A stretch of DNA of 64,000 nucleotides from Nemertoderma westbladi (lineage: Eukaryota > Animalia > Xenacoelomorpha), in contig JAUCBJ010001560.1 of the NCBI GenBank assembly GCA_032718475.1, positions 1 through 64,000 on the forward strand, written 5' to 3'. Of this stretch, positions 42,755 through 55,300 are shown piece after piece. The position numbers and the translations under genes are program-made. How positions within the stretch are numbered: the first letter of the stretch is position 1; every line of letters starts with the position of its first letter. The notes under the pieces were generated by a model that worked only from the letters and a program-made list of their open reading frames with translations, did not search any database and was not told the DNA's origin.

Positions 42755-44960
42755 TAGGTTGAACGGGACGTATCTTTATGTAAATGTTCATATTGTATGT
42801 TGAACGGGACGTATCTTTATGTAAATTTTCATATTTTAGGTTGAACGGGACGTATCTTTATGTAAATGTTCATATTGTAGGTTGAACGGGACGTATCTTT
42901 ATGTAAATGTTCATATTGTAGGTTGAACGGGACGTATCTTTATGTAAATTCTCATATTGTAGGTTGAATGGGACGTATCTTTATGTAAATGTTGATATTG
43001 TAGGTTGAACGGGACGTATCTTTATGTAAATGGTCATATTGTAGGTTGAACGGGACGTATCTTTATGTAAATGGTCATATTTTAGGTTGAACGGGACGTA
43101 TCTTTATGTAAATGGTCATATTGTAGGTTGAACGGGACGTATCTTTATGTAAATTTTCATATTGTAGGTTGAATGGGACGTATCTTTATGTAAATGTTCA
43201 TATTGTAGGTTGAACGGGACGTATCTTTATGTAAATGGTCATATTGTAGGTTGAACGGGACGTATCTTTATGTAAATGTTCATATTGTAGGTTGAACGGG
43301 ACGTATCTTTATGTAAATGTTCATATTGTAGGTTGAACGGGACGTATCTTTATGTAAATGTTCATATTGTAGGTTGAACGGGACGTATCTTTATGTAAAT
43401 GGTCATATTGTAGGTTGAACGGGACTTTTTTTTATCAAAAAAGAAAGACAGGCATCTGGCTGTTATCTTTGTTGACTTCTTCAAGGCCTTTGATTCAGTC
43501 TCTCGCTCACGTATGTTCAGCATACTTTCATTATATGGGATTCCTGATGAAATTATTGCAGCAATCAGATCAGTATACGATGGTTCGACAACATTTGTGT
43601 CTACTGTTGATGGTGACACAGAACCATTTGAAGTGTTATGGGGCGTCCTCCAAGGAGACACACTTGCACCATTCTTGTTCATTATTGTGGTTGACTATGT
43701 TCTACGCATGTCCTTAGATCATCATAATGATTATGGGGTGATGGTAACTCCACCTACTGGCTCCAGAAGTCGAGGAAATCCTGCCAAGTACCTAACTGAT
43801 CTAGACTTTGCTGATGACTTAGGAGTACTCTCAGAATCATTAGAGGGAGCCCAACGGCTCCTCAGCTCATTAGAACATGCTGTGTTGGTCTTTTTATTAA
43901 CTCCAGAAAGACCAAAATTCTGACAGTTAACTTTGAAAGTCCTCAGCAAGTCTCTGATCGGATGAGCATACTGTAAGCTCAAAGGATGGTATACTTGAGC
44001 ATGTGGACGACTTCTGTTACCTGGGATCATGGATCCGGAAGTCAGGTGAGGACCTTCGAATACGTAATGGAAAGGCATGGGCAGCCTTGAATAGGCTTTC
44101 CAGGATTTGGAAGTCACCGAGAATTAATCGGAAACTTAAGGTCCGATTATTTAGAGCAGCAGTAGTTCCAGTACTCCTCTACGGGAGTCCATGCTGGGCT
44201 CTAACTGCTGAGGACACCAAATCTCTGGATGGCACATTCACAAGAATGCTACGCCGGGTTCATTGTGTCAAGTACAATGCACACATCTCCAACCAGGCAC
44301 TATATAACATTGGAGGTGTCTCATTGGTTCCCCCAAGCTTGACACTAGAACAAAATCGCCTCCGCTTTGCAGGACATTGCTTTCGCCGTGAGGACCAGCC
44401 AGTGCATAATCTTGTACTTTGGCAGCCTCATGGAGTGAATAAGCATGGTGGACAGCCCATGACTTTCTTGAGACGCATCTTAAAGGACACTGGCCTTAAA
44501 GATGCGGATGATCTAGCAAATGTCATGGGTGATAGGGAGTTGTGGCGGTGCAATTTTGTTGACAAGCCGGCACAGCATTCTTAAAAATGCAGCTGCAATG
44601 CAGCATGCCGATCCTAGTAGTAGTAGTAGTATCTTTATGTAAATGTTCATATTGTAGGTTGAACGGGACGTATCTTTATGTAAATTTTCATATTGTAGGT
44701 TGAACGGGACGTATCTTTATGTAAATGTTCATATTGTAGGTCGAACGGGACGTATCTTTATGTAAATGTTCATATTGTATGTTGAACGGGACGTATCTTT
44801 ATGTAAATTTTCATATTGTAGGTTGAACGGGACGTATCTTTATGTAAATGTTCATATTGTAGGTTGAACGGGACGTATCTTTATGTAAATGTTCATATTG
44901 TATGTTGAACGGGACGTATCTTTATGTAAATGTTCATATTGTAGGTTGAACGGGACGTAT
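42755..44960. repeat. 41-bp satellite B, interrupted by a LINE
   Basis: Unit ggttgaacgggacgtatctttatgtaaatgttcatattgta occurs on both sides of 43426-44628. Confidence 0.96.
43426..44628 (+). mobile_element. 5'-truncated RTE-clade non-LTR retrotransposon (frameshifted RT, (TAG)n tail)
   Basis: VDFFKAFDSVSR, GVLQGDTLAPFLF, LDFADDL, FCYLGS, IWKS...KVRLFRA.V.PVLLYG; 3' tagtagtagtagta. Confidence 0.92.
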
Positions 44961-44996
44961 AGACTGAATTGGAAGTTAACAATGCAATGCTAATGT

Positions 44997-45068
44997 CAAG
45001 GACTTCTAGAACATAGTATATATTCTTTGGAACATAATATATACTGTACTATGTTCTAGAAGTCCTTG
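44997..45068. mobile_element. 72-bp miniature inverted-repeat element (P-superfamily-like ends)
   Basis: 22-bp perfect TIR caaggacttctagaacatagta; CA..TG ends; flanks ctaatgt/ctaatat (7-bp TSD with one mismatch). Confidence 0.7.
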
Positions 45069-45301
45069 CTAATATTAACACAATTTAATGGCAATATGTA
45101 TAACAGAACACATTATATTTAAATCGGTAATAGTTAATTTAGCATACAATGTTAAATACACATTCGATGCAAATCCTACAGTAGTTTTAAATTGAAAATA
45201 TATTTTTCAACGTGATCCTTCCGATCAAGGTGTATCATACTGTATGTGGATTACGGCTCAGCTGCAGAGGAATGAAGCGATGGTGCGTCATTCGAAACTA
45301 A

Positions 45302-45751
45302 TCATTCTAATCCAACAGGAGGAAGTGCCATTACAGGCGGTGTTCCATGTCCGGCCGCAGGAGGGCCTACTTCAGTCGGGGTACCATATCTTTCGGACGG
45401 GGTAGAACCATATCCTTCGGACGGGGTACCGTATCTTTCGGACGGGGTTCCATATCCGGGCGCAGGAGGGTCTACCATTCCTGGTGTTCCATCGAACCCC
45501 GGTGGTCTAGGCGACACAGGAGGATTGTCGACTGGATTGGCACGACTTCTTCTTTTCCAACTCCTACTAATGCAAGCGCAAATGGCGACAATTCCAATAA
45601 TAACCAAAACTCCAATGATAACCGCCGGTATTGCCATCATCACATAAAGTATACTGGAATGGGCGTCGTCCTCCCCCTTATCTTTATCTTCGTGTAAGTC
45701 GGGTAGTTCGGATATACCGGTATCCATTATGATGAATATATTTGCTCTCAC
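45302..45751 (-). CDS. Single-pass membrane protein or terminal exon with Pro/Tyr-rich cytoplasmic tail
   Basis: Hydrophobic ILYVMMAIPAVIIGVLVIIGIVAICACI followed by a basic stop-transfer WKRRSR and YGTPSE repeats. The first ATG reads MDTG; the true start is uncertain. Confidence 0.55.
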   Translation of the reverse strand: MRANIFIIMDTGISELPDLHEDKDKGEDDAHSSILYVMMAIPAVIIGVLVIIGIVAICACISRSWKRRSRANPVDNPPVSPRPPGFDGTPGMVDPPAPGYGTPSERYGTPSEGYGSTPSERYGTPTEVGPPAAGHGTPPVMALPPVGLE

Positions 45752-46124
45752 ATTGTAATTCCATAGACCATTGTATTTGCAGCACCGTATTTACTTGAGT
45801 TGTAATGAATAGAAATATAATGACATACAGTAGCCTACATTATTAATTGGGACTATAACAAATAATTACAATGTAATTGATGTAGTAGCCTAGTTTATAG
45901 TACAGATAACTATGGTCCACTAAAGGCGATCTACCACTAAGGCCATGCAGCCCTGCTGGACTGAATGCAGAATTTACAAAAACAAGATTTATAAAATGAT
46001 AGTATGGGGAGCGTTCTAGAAATTAAGATAAGCTGCTATTCGATCAATGGTCATAATTGTAACCACGCTGTTAAGCAAGCTAACTAAATTTTATGATACT
46101 GTAGTCCTATAGCTAGTATTTTGA

Positions 46125-47114
46125 AACTGGTTTCATCAGAATGGGTTCCGTAAAGGTCGTAGGACCATGGAGCCCATTTTGGCACTTAGAAGGATAATTG
46201 GAGATTTATCAAAAAAAGAAAGACAGGCATCTATCTGGCTGCTAACTTTGTTGACTTCTTCAAGGCCTTTGATTCAGTCTCTCGCTTACGTATATTCAGC
46301 ATACTTTCATTATATTGGATTCCTGATGAAACTATTGCAGCAATCAGATCAGTATACGATGGTTCGAGAACATTTGTGTCTACTGTTGATGGTGACACAG
46401 AACAATTTGAAATGTTATGAGGAGTCCCACAGGAAGAAACACTTGCGCCATTCTTGTTCATAATTGTGGTTGAATATGTTCTACGCATGTCCTTAGATCA
46501 TCATAATGATGATGGGGTGATGATAACTCAACCTACTGGCTCCAGAAGTCGAGGAAATCCTGTCAAGTGCCTAAATGATCTAGACTTTGCTGATGACTTA
46601 TAGGAGTACTCTCAGAATCACTAGAGGGAGCCCAACGGCTCCTCAGCTCATTAGAACAGGCTGCTTGGTATTTTTATTAACTCCAAAATACCAACGTTTT
46701 GACAGTTAACATTGAAAGTCCTCAGCAAGTCTCTGACCGGATGTGCATTAGCTCAAAGGATGGTGTGCTTGTGCATGTGGACGACTTCTGTTACCTGGAA
46801 TCATGGATCCGGAGGACAGGTGAGGACCTTCGCATAAGTAAGTGAAAGGCATGGGCAGCCTTGAATATGCTTTCCAAGATTTGAAAGTCAAATATAATTA
46901 ATCGGAAACTTAAGGTCCGATATTATTTAGAGCACCAGTAGTTCCAGTACTCCTCTATGGGAGTCCATGCTAGGCTCTAACTGCTGAGGACACCAAATCT
47001 CTGGATGGCAAATTCACAAGAATGCTACGCCGGGTTCACTGTGTCAATGCACAGCACACATATCCAACCAGACTCTATATAACATTGGAGGTGTCTCATT
47101 GGTTCCCCCAAGCT
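46125..47114 (+). mobile_element. Second, more decayed copy of the same RTE-clade LINE
   Basis: Colinear with 43431-44338 but with many stops and indels; extends further 5' (QNGFRKGRRT.EPILALRRII); 3' end missing. Confidence 0.9.
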
Positions 47115-47827
47115 TTATTTTCGCTACCAATCTTTATCTACTGTACAAGCGTTTAAAAGAGGTGTCTCCGTCCATATTGCATCAGTCGTGGTGCTGTTAT
47201 TCCTATGTAAAATCATTTGAATTTGGTTTGGAAGTATTTGAGTTATAGGCATTTCAAAGTTGCATGGTTTTGCTTCCGCAGCCATTTATTATATTTACTA
47301 TCGGTTGTCGCTAAAAATTCTTACCCACTAAGGAGGAGGGAGGTAAAATTACGTATCTCTGTTTCAAATTTAATAAAGATTTGTAGAAAAATTTGGGAGG
47401 GTGTCTTACCCTCCCAACTTACTTCGCCCTGTTGTGTCGAAAGGACTAAGTAGTAGGCCCTATCTCGGTACAGGATTTTTTACTACAGTAGGCCTAGCTA
47501 GTAAAGTATTTAAAATATTTAAAACGCCTGTTTTTAATAATGTTGCGTATGTATAGATAGATAGTCGTAAAATATGTATAGATCACATGTATTTAAAGTG
47601 ATTTCATAAAATTCCTCAAGGTGAGGCACTGGAGGCATGTTATAATATTATTCTACGATAAATTCTACGTCGAATGATTTCAAATTTAGCCATATTGTAT
47701 TTTTTCCGGGTTTGTCTACTTTTGGGCCTAATTTGACTACACTATATTGAATTTGTAGCAGCAAACGTCGGCCTACACTAAGGCGTTCTAGTCCTAAACT
47801 ATAGGCCTAGTATAGGACGCCTTGTCC

Positions 47828-48979
47828 GGTACTACTATGTTATGGGTACCCACTTTTTAAACAAATTTATTCATATGAAAATTGCTTTTATCATGAGGTT
47901 TTTTGTTCTAGAACAAGTATTTAACCTTCTGCCAGTACGATGGTAGCTAGTAATTTTGATTTTGTGTTATAGCTAGTACTTTTTATTAGCTAGTGAAAAA
48001 AATTATAATGGAAAAATTGAAAAAAAATTTGACCAACTATTTTCTTGTAAAAATATATTTTATTTTGAAGTTTTTTATCTAGAACAAATATTTGACCTTC
48101 TGACAGTAAGAAGGTAGCTAGTACTATTAATTTTGTGTTAGCTAGTACTATTTATTAGCTAGTAAATGTAAGATATAGGCCTACTGGTAATTTAATTCTC
48201 AATTATATATTTGCATGGAATAATTTATGAGTCATGGCAGCTAGTAATGTTTATTTGATAGTCAACGTAGCTAGTAATTATTCACTAGCTAGTTTTTTAT
48301 ACAAAATATAGACAGATGTAAAAATATAGTTTTTACATATTTTACTTATTTAGGCCTATTTTACTTATTTATTACTAGATTTATTTATCTTTTTATTAGT
48401 CATTTCTACAGTAGAACATATTGATGATATGGAAATTGTCTAAATAAAAGGGGCACTACAAAATTTCTTTTCTAATTTTAAGATCACTATCTATCTACCT
48501 TTAAAAACACTAGCTACTGTACCATAATAAAAAATAATAGCTAACCTCTCTCAGAAGGTGAAATAATTTATGTTCTAGAACAAAAAACCATCTTGATAAT
48601 ATCCATTAACATGGTCCAAAATATTATTTTGTAATTTTAAGATCTCTAGCTACTTTTAAAAACACTAGCTATTTTAATAAAAAATAATAGGTAACCTCTC
48701 TCAGAAGGTGAAATTTATGTTCTAGAACGAAAAACATCATGATAATATCCAATAATATGGTAAAAAAAATTGCTCAAAAATTTGGGGCCAAAAATTTGGT
48801 TTTGTAATTTTAAAAACAGTAGCTACCTAAAAGAAATCACTAGCTACCATAAAAAAAACAATAGCTAACGTCTAACAGAAGATGACATTAATGTTATAAA
48901 ACAAAAAACCTCAAGATAATAGCCATTAACATTGTCAAATAAATGGTCAAAAAGTGGGTACCCATAACATAGTAGTACC
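47828..48979. mobile_element. Non-autonomous DNA transposon with long imperfect inverted arms (Merlin-like)
   Basis: 31-bp perfect TIR ggtactactatgttatgggtacccacttttt; flanked by (c)cttgtcc (7-8 bp TSD); GGTAC fits the Merlin GGNRM start; internal inverted repeats with ttctagaaca/agctag. Confidence 0.8.
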
Positions 48980-50019
48980 CTTGTCCTACACCTACGTACA
49001 GAACGCAGTGACACTCACTGCATTACTTGTTTTGTTTTGTTATCACTGTTTATATATTGTGTTACTATAGAATTATTTCGTAAAAGGAAATAAAACCAAA
49101 TTTGAAAATTGAACAAACCATTAATAAAAGCACCGCTTTTGATACAGGGCCGTTGGTCTATCTAATTATACCTACAGTATTCATACTGTTAGTAGGCCTA
49201 TCCCTACTGTAGGCCTAGGCCTAGATTTATATCTATAGGCCTAAGGAAGTCTTACTTAAGGAAGACTTACCAAAATCAAATGGCATAAAATAATTATATA
49301 ATCAAAATTTGGAAAACTAGCTATTTTTCACGGACTTCACTAAGTGTGGTTATTCATGGACTTCTAGAATGTTATTTATACCAGGACGGGAAACTAGGTA
49401 GCTATAAGCAAAATAAAAATACCAGTTGAGGCCTACTTATTAATTACTGCCAATAGTAATAATTGTAAACATAACATGATATACACGTTTTTAGTGATTA
49501 TTATATAGGTCATATTAATTTTTATATTTTTGTAGGCCTGCATATACGACGTTTGCTTAAATCAATTATTATTGTTTGATCTTTTATACATTCCATATAA
49601 AATTGATGAGTATTATTGACAACATGACATGTATTGCTGAAGTAAATTAGGAGAGAAAAAAAGCAACCATAATATCCGAATTCAATAATAATTAGCTATT
49701 TATTGTATTTCCTCACATAGTGCAGCTACATAATAATGTGAGTGTGAGTGTGCGACATGACATTTATAGTTCAGTTATCAGTATTTACGATATAATGTAC
49801 AGTGGGTACTGTTTCGATAGGCGTATCTATACCTACCATGCCAAATTTTTACACTAGCTACTGTAGTTTTTGCTATTTGTTTCAAAAGTTCTAGAATATG
49901 TTAGCTATTTAATTTAAAAAAACTTTGTTCTAGAACAAATATTTTTTGTTCTAGAACATTAACATCTGCCGATTCCAACACATTCTACTGTACTGTACAA
50001 CCTCGAAGGAGCACTAGTT

Positions 50020-50420
50020 AAGAGCACAGTGCGAAACTTCAAAGAATGCAGAAGCTGTTTCACCTCTCTTGCTGACTCTCATAATTGCTCTCCCCTTCAA
50101 ATGTTCGATGTTGAACAAGAAGACGTGCTAATATCCGGAGACGTGAGGGAATATGTCAATATTTTCAACTGCGGTGGATTACTCCACCCTAGCATTCAAT
50201 CATTCTGCTTATGTCTCCATAGTTGGTTTGCATATACTATAACAAATGAATATAATTCCTTCAAGTATAAGGTGTTCATTCGTTCAGAGATGCCATAATT
50301 CTAAGCAACTATTTACTAATATACAGTGATTGAGGAGATCATCTTGCCACAAAAGAATCGGACAGATACGCCAGAGATCTGCCTAAAGGATTTAGTTGGT
50401 CGTTTCTAAAGCACTGTCAC
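50020..50420 (+). pseudogene. P-element/THAP9-like transposase C-terminal remnant
   Basis: CRSC...L ... NCGGLLHPS resembles the CxxC...RGGLxxPS C-terminal motif of P-type transposases; the frame is disrupted. Confidence 0.5.
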
Positions 50421-50618
50421 AAAGAATTTTACATTTATTATAGGAAGGGATCTTGGGGTCTTAACCTCGAATGATAAGTTTATTTTACCGAAAATAACTT
50501 ATCTTTTATTGGCGCAATTGTAGGACTAATCCCATCACATACACTTTTTAACCGGGTAGTGTACAAATTTAGGAATCGCGTAATTTTTTCTTGAAATTAA
50601 TATCTCATATCTCTCCAA

Positions 50619-50662
50619 ACCACGTACGCGTTTCGACCATTACTGGGTCTCATCAGCGTGGT
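50619..50662 (-). ncRNA. Minimal type I hammerhead ribozyme
   Basis: Minus strand ACCACG-CTGATGA-GACC(CAGTAAT)GGTC-GAAA-CGCG-TA-CGTGGT: complete core, perfect stems I and II, palindromic stem III ACGCGT, GUA cleavage triplet. Confidence 0.85.
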
Positions 50663-50726
50663 GTCGGATTCGAACCTGGGACCTCGAGGTGGAAGCCGAG
50701 ACTACAACCACTAGGCCACAGGTTCT
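50657..50726 (-). mobile_element. tRNA-derived (Gly-TCC-like) SINE head
   Basis: A box TGGCCTAGTGG, anticodon-like CTTCCAC loop, B box GGTTCGAATCC. The acceptor stem does not pair, so this is not a functional tRNA. Confidence 0.75.
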
Positions 50727-50732
50727 TGAGAT

Positions 50733-53700
50733 ATACTTCACTTCCACTTGTAGGTACAGGGCATACTTCACTTCCACTTGTAGGTTCACAGCATACTTCC
50801 ACTTGTAAGTTCAGGGCATACTTCACTTCCACTTGTAGGTTCACGGCTTACTTCCACTTGTAGGTTCAGGGCATACTTAACTTCCACTTGTAGGTTCAGG
50901 GCATACTTCACTTCCACTTGTAGGTACAGGGCATACTTCCACTTGTAGGTTCAGGGCATACTTCACTTCCACTTGTAGGTTCACGGCATACTTCCACTTG
51001 TAGGTTCAGGGCATACTTCCACTTGTAGGTTCAGGGCATACTTCCACTTGTAGGTTCACGGCATACTTCCACTTGTAGGTTCAGGGCATACTTCACTTCC
51101 ACTTGTAGGTTCACGGCATACTTCCACTTGTAGGTTCAGGGCATACTTAACTTCCACTTGTAGGTTCAGGGCATACTTCCACTTGTAGGTTCACGGCATA
51201 CTTCCACTTGTAGGTTCACGGCATACTTCCACTTGTAGGTTCACGGCATACTTCCACTTGTAGGTTCAGGGCATACTTCCACTTGTAGGTTCAGGGCATA
51301 CTTCCACTTGTAGGTTCACGGCATACTTCCACTTGTAGGTTCAGGGCATACTTCACTTCCACTTGTAGATTCAGGGCATATTTCACTTCCACTTGTAGAT
51401 TCAAGGCATACTTCCACTTGTAGGTTCAGGGCATACTTCATTTCCACTTGTAGGTTCACGGCATACTTCCACTTGTAAGTTCACGGCATACTTCCACTTG
51501 TAGGTTCAGGGCATACTTCACTTCCACTTGTAGATTCAGGGCATACTTCACTTCCACTTGTAGGTTCACGGCATACTTCCACTTGTAGGTTCAGGGCATA
51601 CTTCCACTTGTAGGTTCAGGGCATACTTCCACTTGTAGGTTCACGGCATACTTCCACTTGTAGGTTCAGGGCATACTTCACTTCCACTTGTAGATTCAGG
51701 GCATATTTCACTTCCACTTGTAGATTCAGGGCTTACTTTCACTTGTAGGTACAGGGCATACTTCCACTTGTAGGTTCAGGGCATACTTCACTTCCACTTG
51801 TAGGTTCACAGCATACTTCCACTTGTAGGTTCAGGGCATACTTCACTTCCACTTGTAGATTCAGGGCATATTTCACTTCCACTTGTAGATTCAGGGCATA
51901 CTTCCACTTGTAGGTTCAGGGCATACTTCATTTCCACTTGTAGGTTCACGGCATACTTCCACTTGTAGGTTCAGGGCATACTTCCACTTGTAGGTTCAGG
52001 GCATACTTCCACTTGTAGGTTCAGGGCATACTTCCACTTGTAGGTTCAGGGCATACTTCCACTTGTAGGTTCAGGGCATACTTCCACTTGTAGGTTCACG
52101 GCATACTTCCACTTGTAGGTTCAGGGCATACTTCACTTCCACTTGTAGATTCAGGGCATATTTCACTTCCACTTGTAGATTCAGGGCTTACTTCCACTTG
52201 TAGGTTCAGGGCATACTTCACTTCCACTTGTAGGTTCACAGCATACTTCCACTTGTAGGTTCAGGGCATACTTCACTTCCACTTGTAGGTTCAGGGCATA
52301 TTTCACTTCCACTTGTAGGTTCAGGGCATACTTCCACTTGTAGGTTCAGGGCATACTTCATTTCCACTTGTAGGTTCACGGCATACTTCCACTTGTAGGT
52401 TCAGGGCATACTTCCACTTGTAGGTTCAGGGCATACTTCACTTCCACTTGTAGGTTCAGGGCATACTTCACTTCCACTTGTAGATTCAGGGCATATTCAC
52501 TTCCACTTGTAGGTTCAGGGCATACTTCCACTTGTAGGTTCAGGGCATACTTCATTCCACTTGTAGGTTCAGGGCATACTTCCACTTGTAGGTTCAGGGC
52601 ATACTTCCACTTGTAGGTTCAGGGCATACTTCACTTCCACTTGTAGGTTCAGGGCATATTCACTTCCACTTGTAGGTTCAGGGCATACTTCCACTTGTAG
52701 GTTCAGGGCATACTTCCACTTGTAGGTTCAGGGCATACTTCACTTCCACTTGTAGGTTCAGGGCATATTTCACTTCCACTTGTAGGTTCAGGGCATACTT
52801 CCACTTGTAGGTTCAGGGCATACTTCACTTCCACTTGTAGGTTCACGGCATACTTCCACTTGTAGGTTCAGGGCATACTTCCACTTGTAGGTTCAGGGCA
52901 TACTTCACTTCCACTTGTAGGTTCAGGGCATATTCACTTCCACTTGTAGGTTCAGGGCATACTTCCACTTGTAGGTTCAGGGCATACTTCCACTTGTAGG
53001 TTCAGGGCATACTTCCACTTGTAGGTTCAGGGCATACTTCACTTCCACTTGTAGGTTCAGGGCATATTTCACTTCCACTTGTAGGTTCAGGGCATACTTC
53101 CACTTGTAGGTTCAGGGCATACTTCACTTCCACTTGTAGGTTCACGGCATACTTCCACTTGTAGGTTCAGGGCATACTTCCACTTGTAGGTTCAGGGCAT
53201 ACTTCCACTTGTAGGTTCAGGGCATACTTCCACTTGTAGGTTCAGGGCATACTTCCACTTGTAGGTTCAGGGCATACTTCCACTTGTAGGTTCAGGGCAT
53301 ACTTCCACTTGTAGGTTCAGGGCATACTTCCACTTGTAGGTTCAGGGCATACTTCCACTTGTAGGTTCAGGGCATACTTCCACTTGTAGGTTCAGGGCAT
53401 ACTTCACTTCCACTTGTAGGTTCAGGGCATCACTTCCACTTGTAGGTTCAGGGCATACTTCCACTTGTAGGTTCAGGGCATCTTCACTTCCACTTGTAGG
53501 TTCAGGGCATACTTCCACTTGTAGGTTCAGGGCATACTTCCACTTGTAGGTTCAGGGCATACTTCACTTCCACTTGTAGGTTCAGGGCATACTTCCACTT
53601 GTAGGTTCAGGGCATACTTCCACTTGTAGGTTCAGGGCATACTTCACTTCCACTTGTAGGTTCAGGGCATACTTCACTTCCACTTGTAGGTTCAGGGCAT

Positions 53701-54343
53701 ACTTCCACTTGTAGGTTCAGGGCATACTTCCACTTGTAGGTTCAGGGCATACTTCACTTCCACTTGTAGGTTCAGGGCATACTTCCACTTGTAGGTTCAG
53801 GGCATACTTCACTTCCACTTGTAGGTTCAGGGCATACTTCACTTCCACTTGTAGGTTCACAGCATACTTCCACTTGTAGGTTCAGGGCATACTTCCACTT
53901 GTAGGTTCAGGGCATACTTCACTTCCACTTGTAGGTTCAGGGCATTTCACTTCCACTTGTAGGTTCAGGGCATACTTCCACTTGTAGGTTCAGGGCATAC
54001 TTCACTTCCACTTGTAGGTTCAGGGCATACTTCCACTTGTAGGTTCAGGGCATACTTCACTTCCACTTGTAGATTCAGGGCATTTTTCACTTCCACTTGT
54101 AGATTCAGGGCATACTTCCACTTGTAGGTTCAGGGCATACTTCACTTCCACTTGTAGGTTCACGGCATACTTCCACTTGTAGGTTCAGGGCATACTTCAC
54201 TTCCACTTGTAGATTCAGGGCATTTTTCACTTCCACTTGTAGATTCAGGGCATACTTCCACTTGTAGGTTCAGGGCATACTTCACTTCCACTTGTAGGTT
54301 CACGGCATACTTCCACTTGTAGGTTCAGGGCATACTTCCACTT
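50733..54343. repeat. 3.6-kb satellite of mixed 25-bp and 30-bp units
   Basis: catacttccacttgtaggttcaggg with or without an extra acttc. Confidence 0.97.
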
Positions 54344-54346
54344 ATA

Positions 54347-55300
54347 CTAGAAAGCCAGCAAGCTGGCTTTAAACGAACCTGCCCCTCAAACCAGTACTCT
54401 GAGTGAGTGAAAATGAAAACTCGAAAATTGCCATCAATTCAACGATAGAAACACCAGCTGCTGCGCTGCTGGTACTCATGTGGGCCAAGTAAGCTACTAC
54501 TATTTATTGAATGGATAGCCCAAACTGCAGATAAGTATATTACTTGCCAAATTTATTACTATCTCACTCTAACCCAGACAGTAATCAAATATCAACTGTT
54601 ATTTTGTATAATGTATTACCCCGTAAGCTGAATTCCCAGTGAAACCTATGGGAATATCTTTGTAAGCACCGGGCCGTTCAAATGTTTTTTAGGTTGATAG
54701 GTTGATGATAAAGAATGAGGAGGAACCCAACTAACACTACGTTTGTCTATGGACGCTCTCCTTATAGCCAGCGTGCTGGCTTTTCTAGTTGAATAATATT
54801 ATTCTGCAACCAAATAATTTACTCTTTTAGACGAATTAGTGCGTTTTTTGCCGGACTAACAAATTTTGGCGACGTTCTGTACGAGATTGGCGATATTTGA
54901 AAAGATTCTGAGGCTCAAATATGTTGTTCAAATGACTGAATAGCCCAAATAAAAAAGTTGGTGCATACTCGACGAGTTGAAATCGGTAAAATTCGACATT
55001 AAATTTTCAAAACCTGCTATTTTTCAGTGATCCCGTGATCGAAACCCCACAAAAAATATACAGTCTTGTGCGCAACCAAAATCTATGTAGAGTTTGTTAT
55101 TAAAATTTTTGCGTACCTGCTTGAATTTTTGAGATATTGGATGGTTATACACACATACACAGATAACCACATCGTGTTTTTGAACGGCTCAACTCTTGAC
55201 AAAAACTACCCTGGCCTATTAATAGGCAGGTTCGTTATTTTGAACGGCTCAACTCTTGACAAAAACTACCCTGGCATATTAATAGGCAGGTTCGTTATGA
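54347..55300 (-). mobile_element. Non-autonomous Helentron/Helitron2-like element, copy 1
   Basis: On the minus strand it starts TC + subTIR aacgaacctgcc and ends ggcaggttcgtt + hairpin aaagccagc-tt-gctggcttt + CTAG, between T and T; ~60-bp duplication at the 5' end; diverged copy at 63267. Confidence 0.8.

Noticed and set aside
50657-50726. Functional tRNA-Gly gene
   Set aside because: The acceptor stem cannot form and the anticodon stem is imperfect; better explained as a SINE head.
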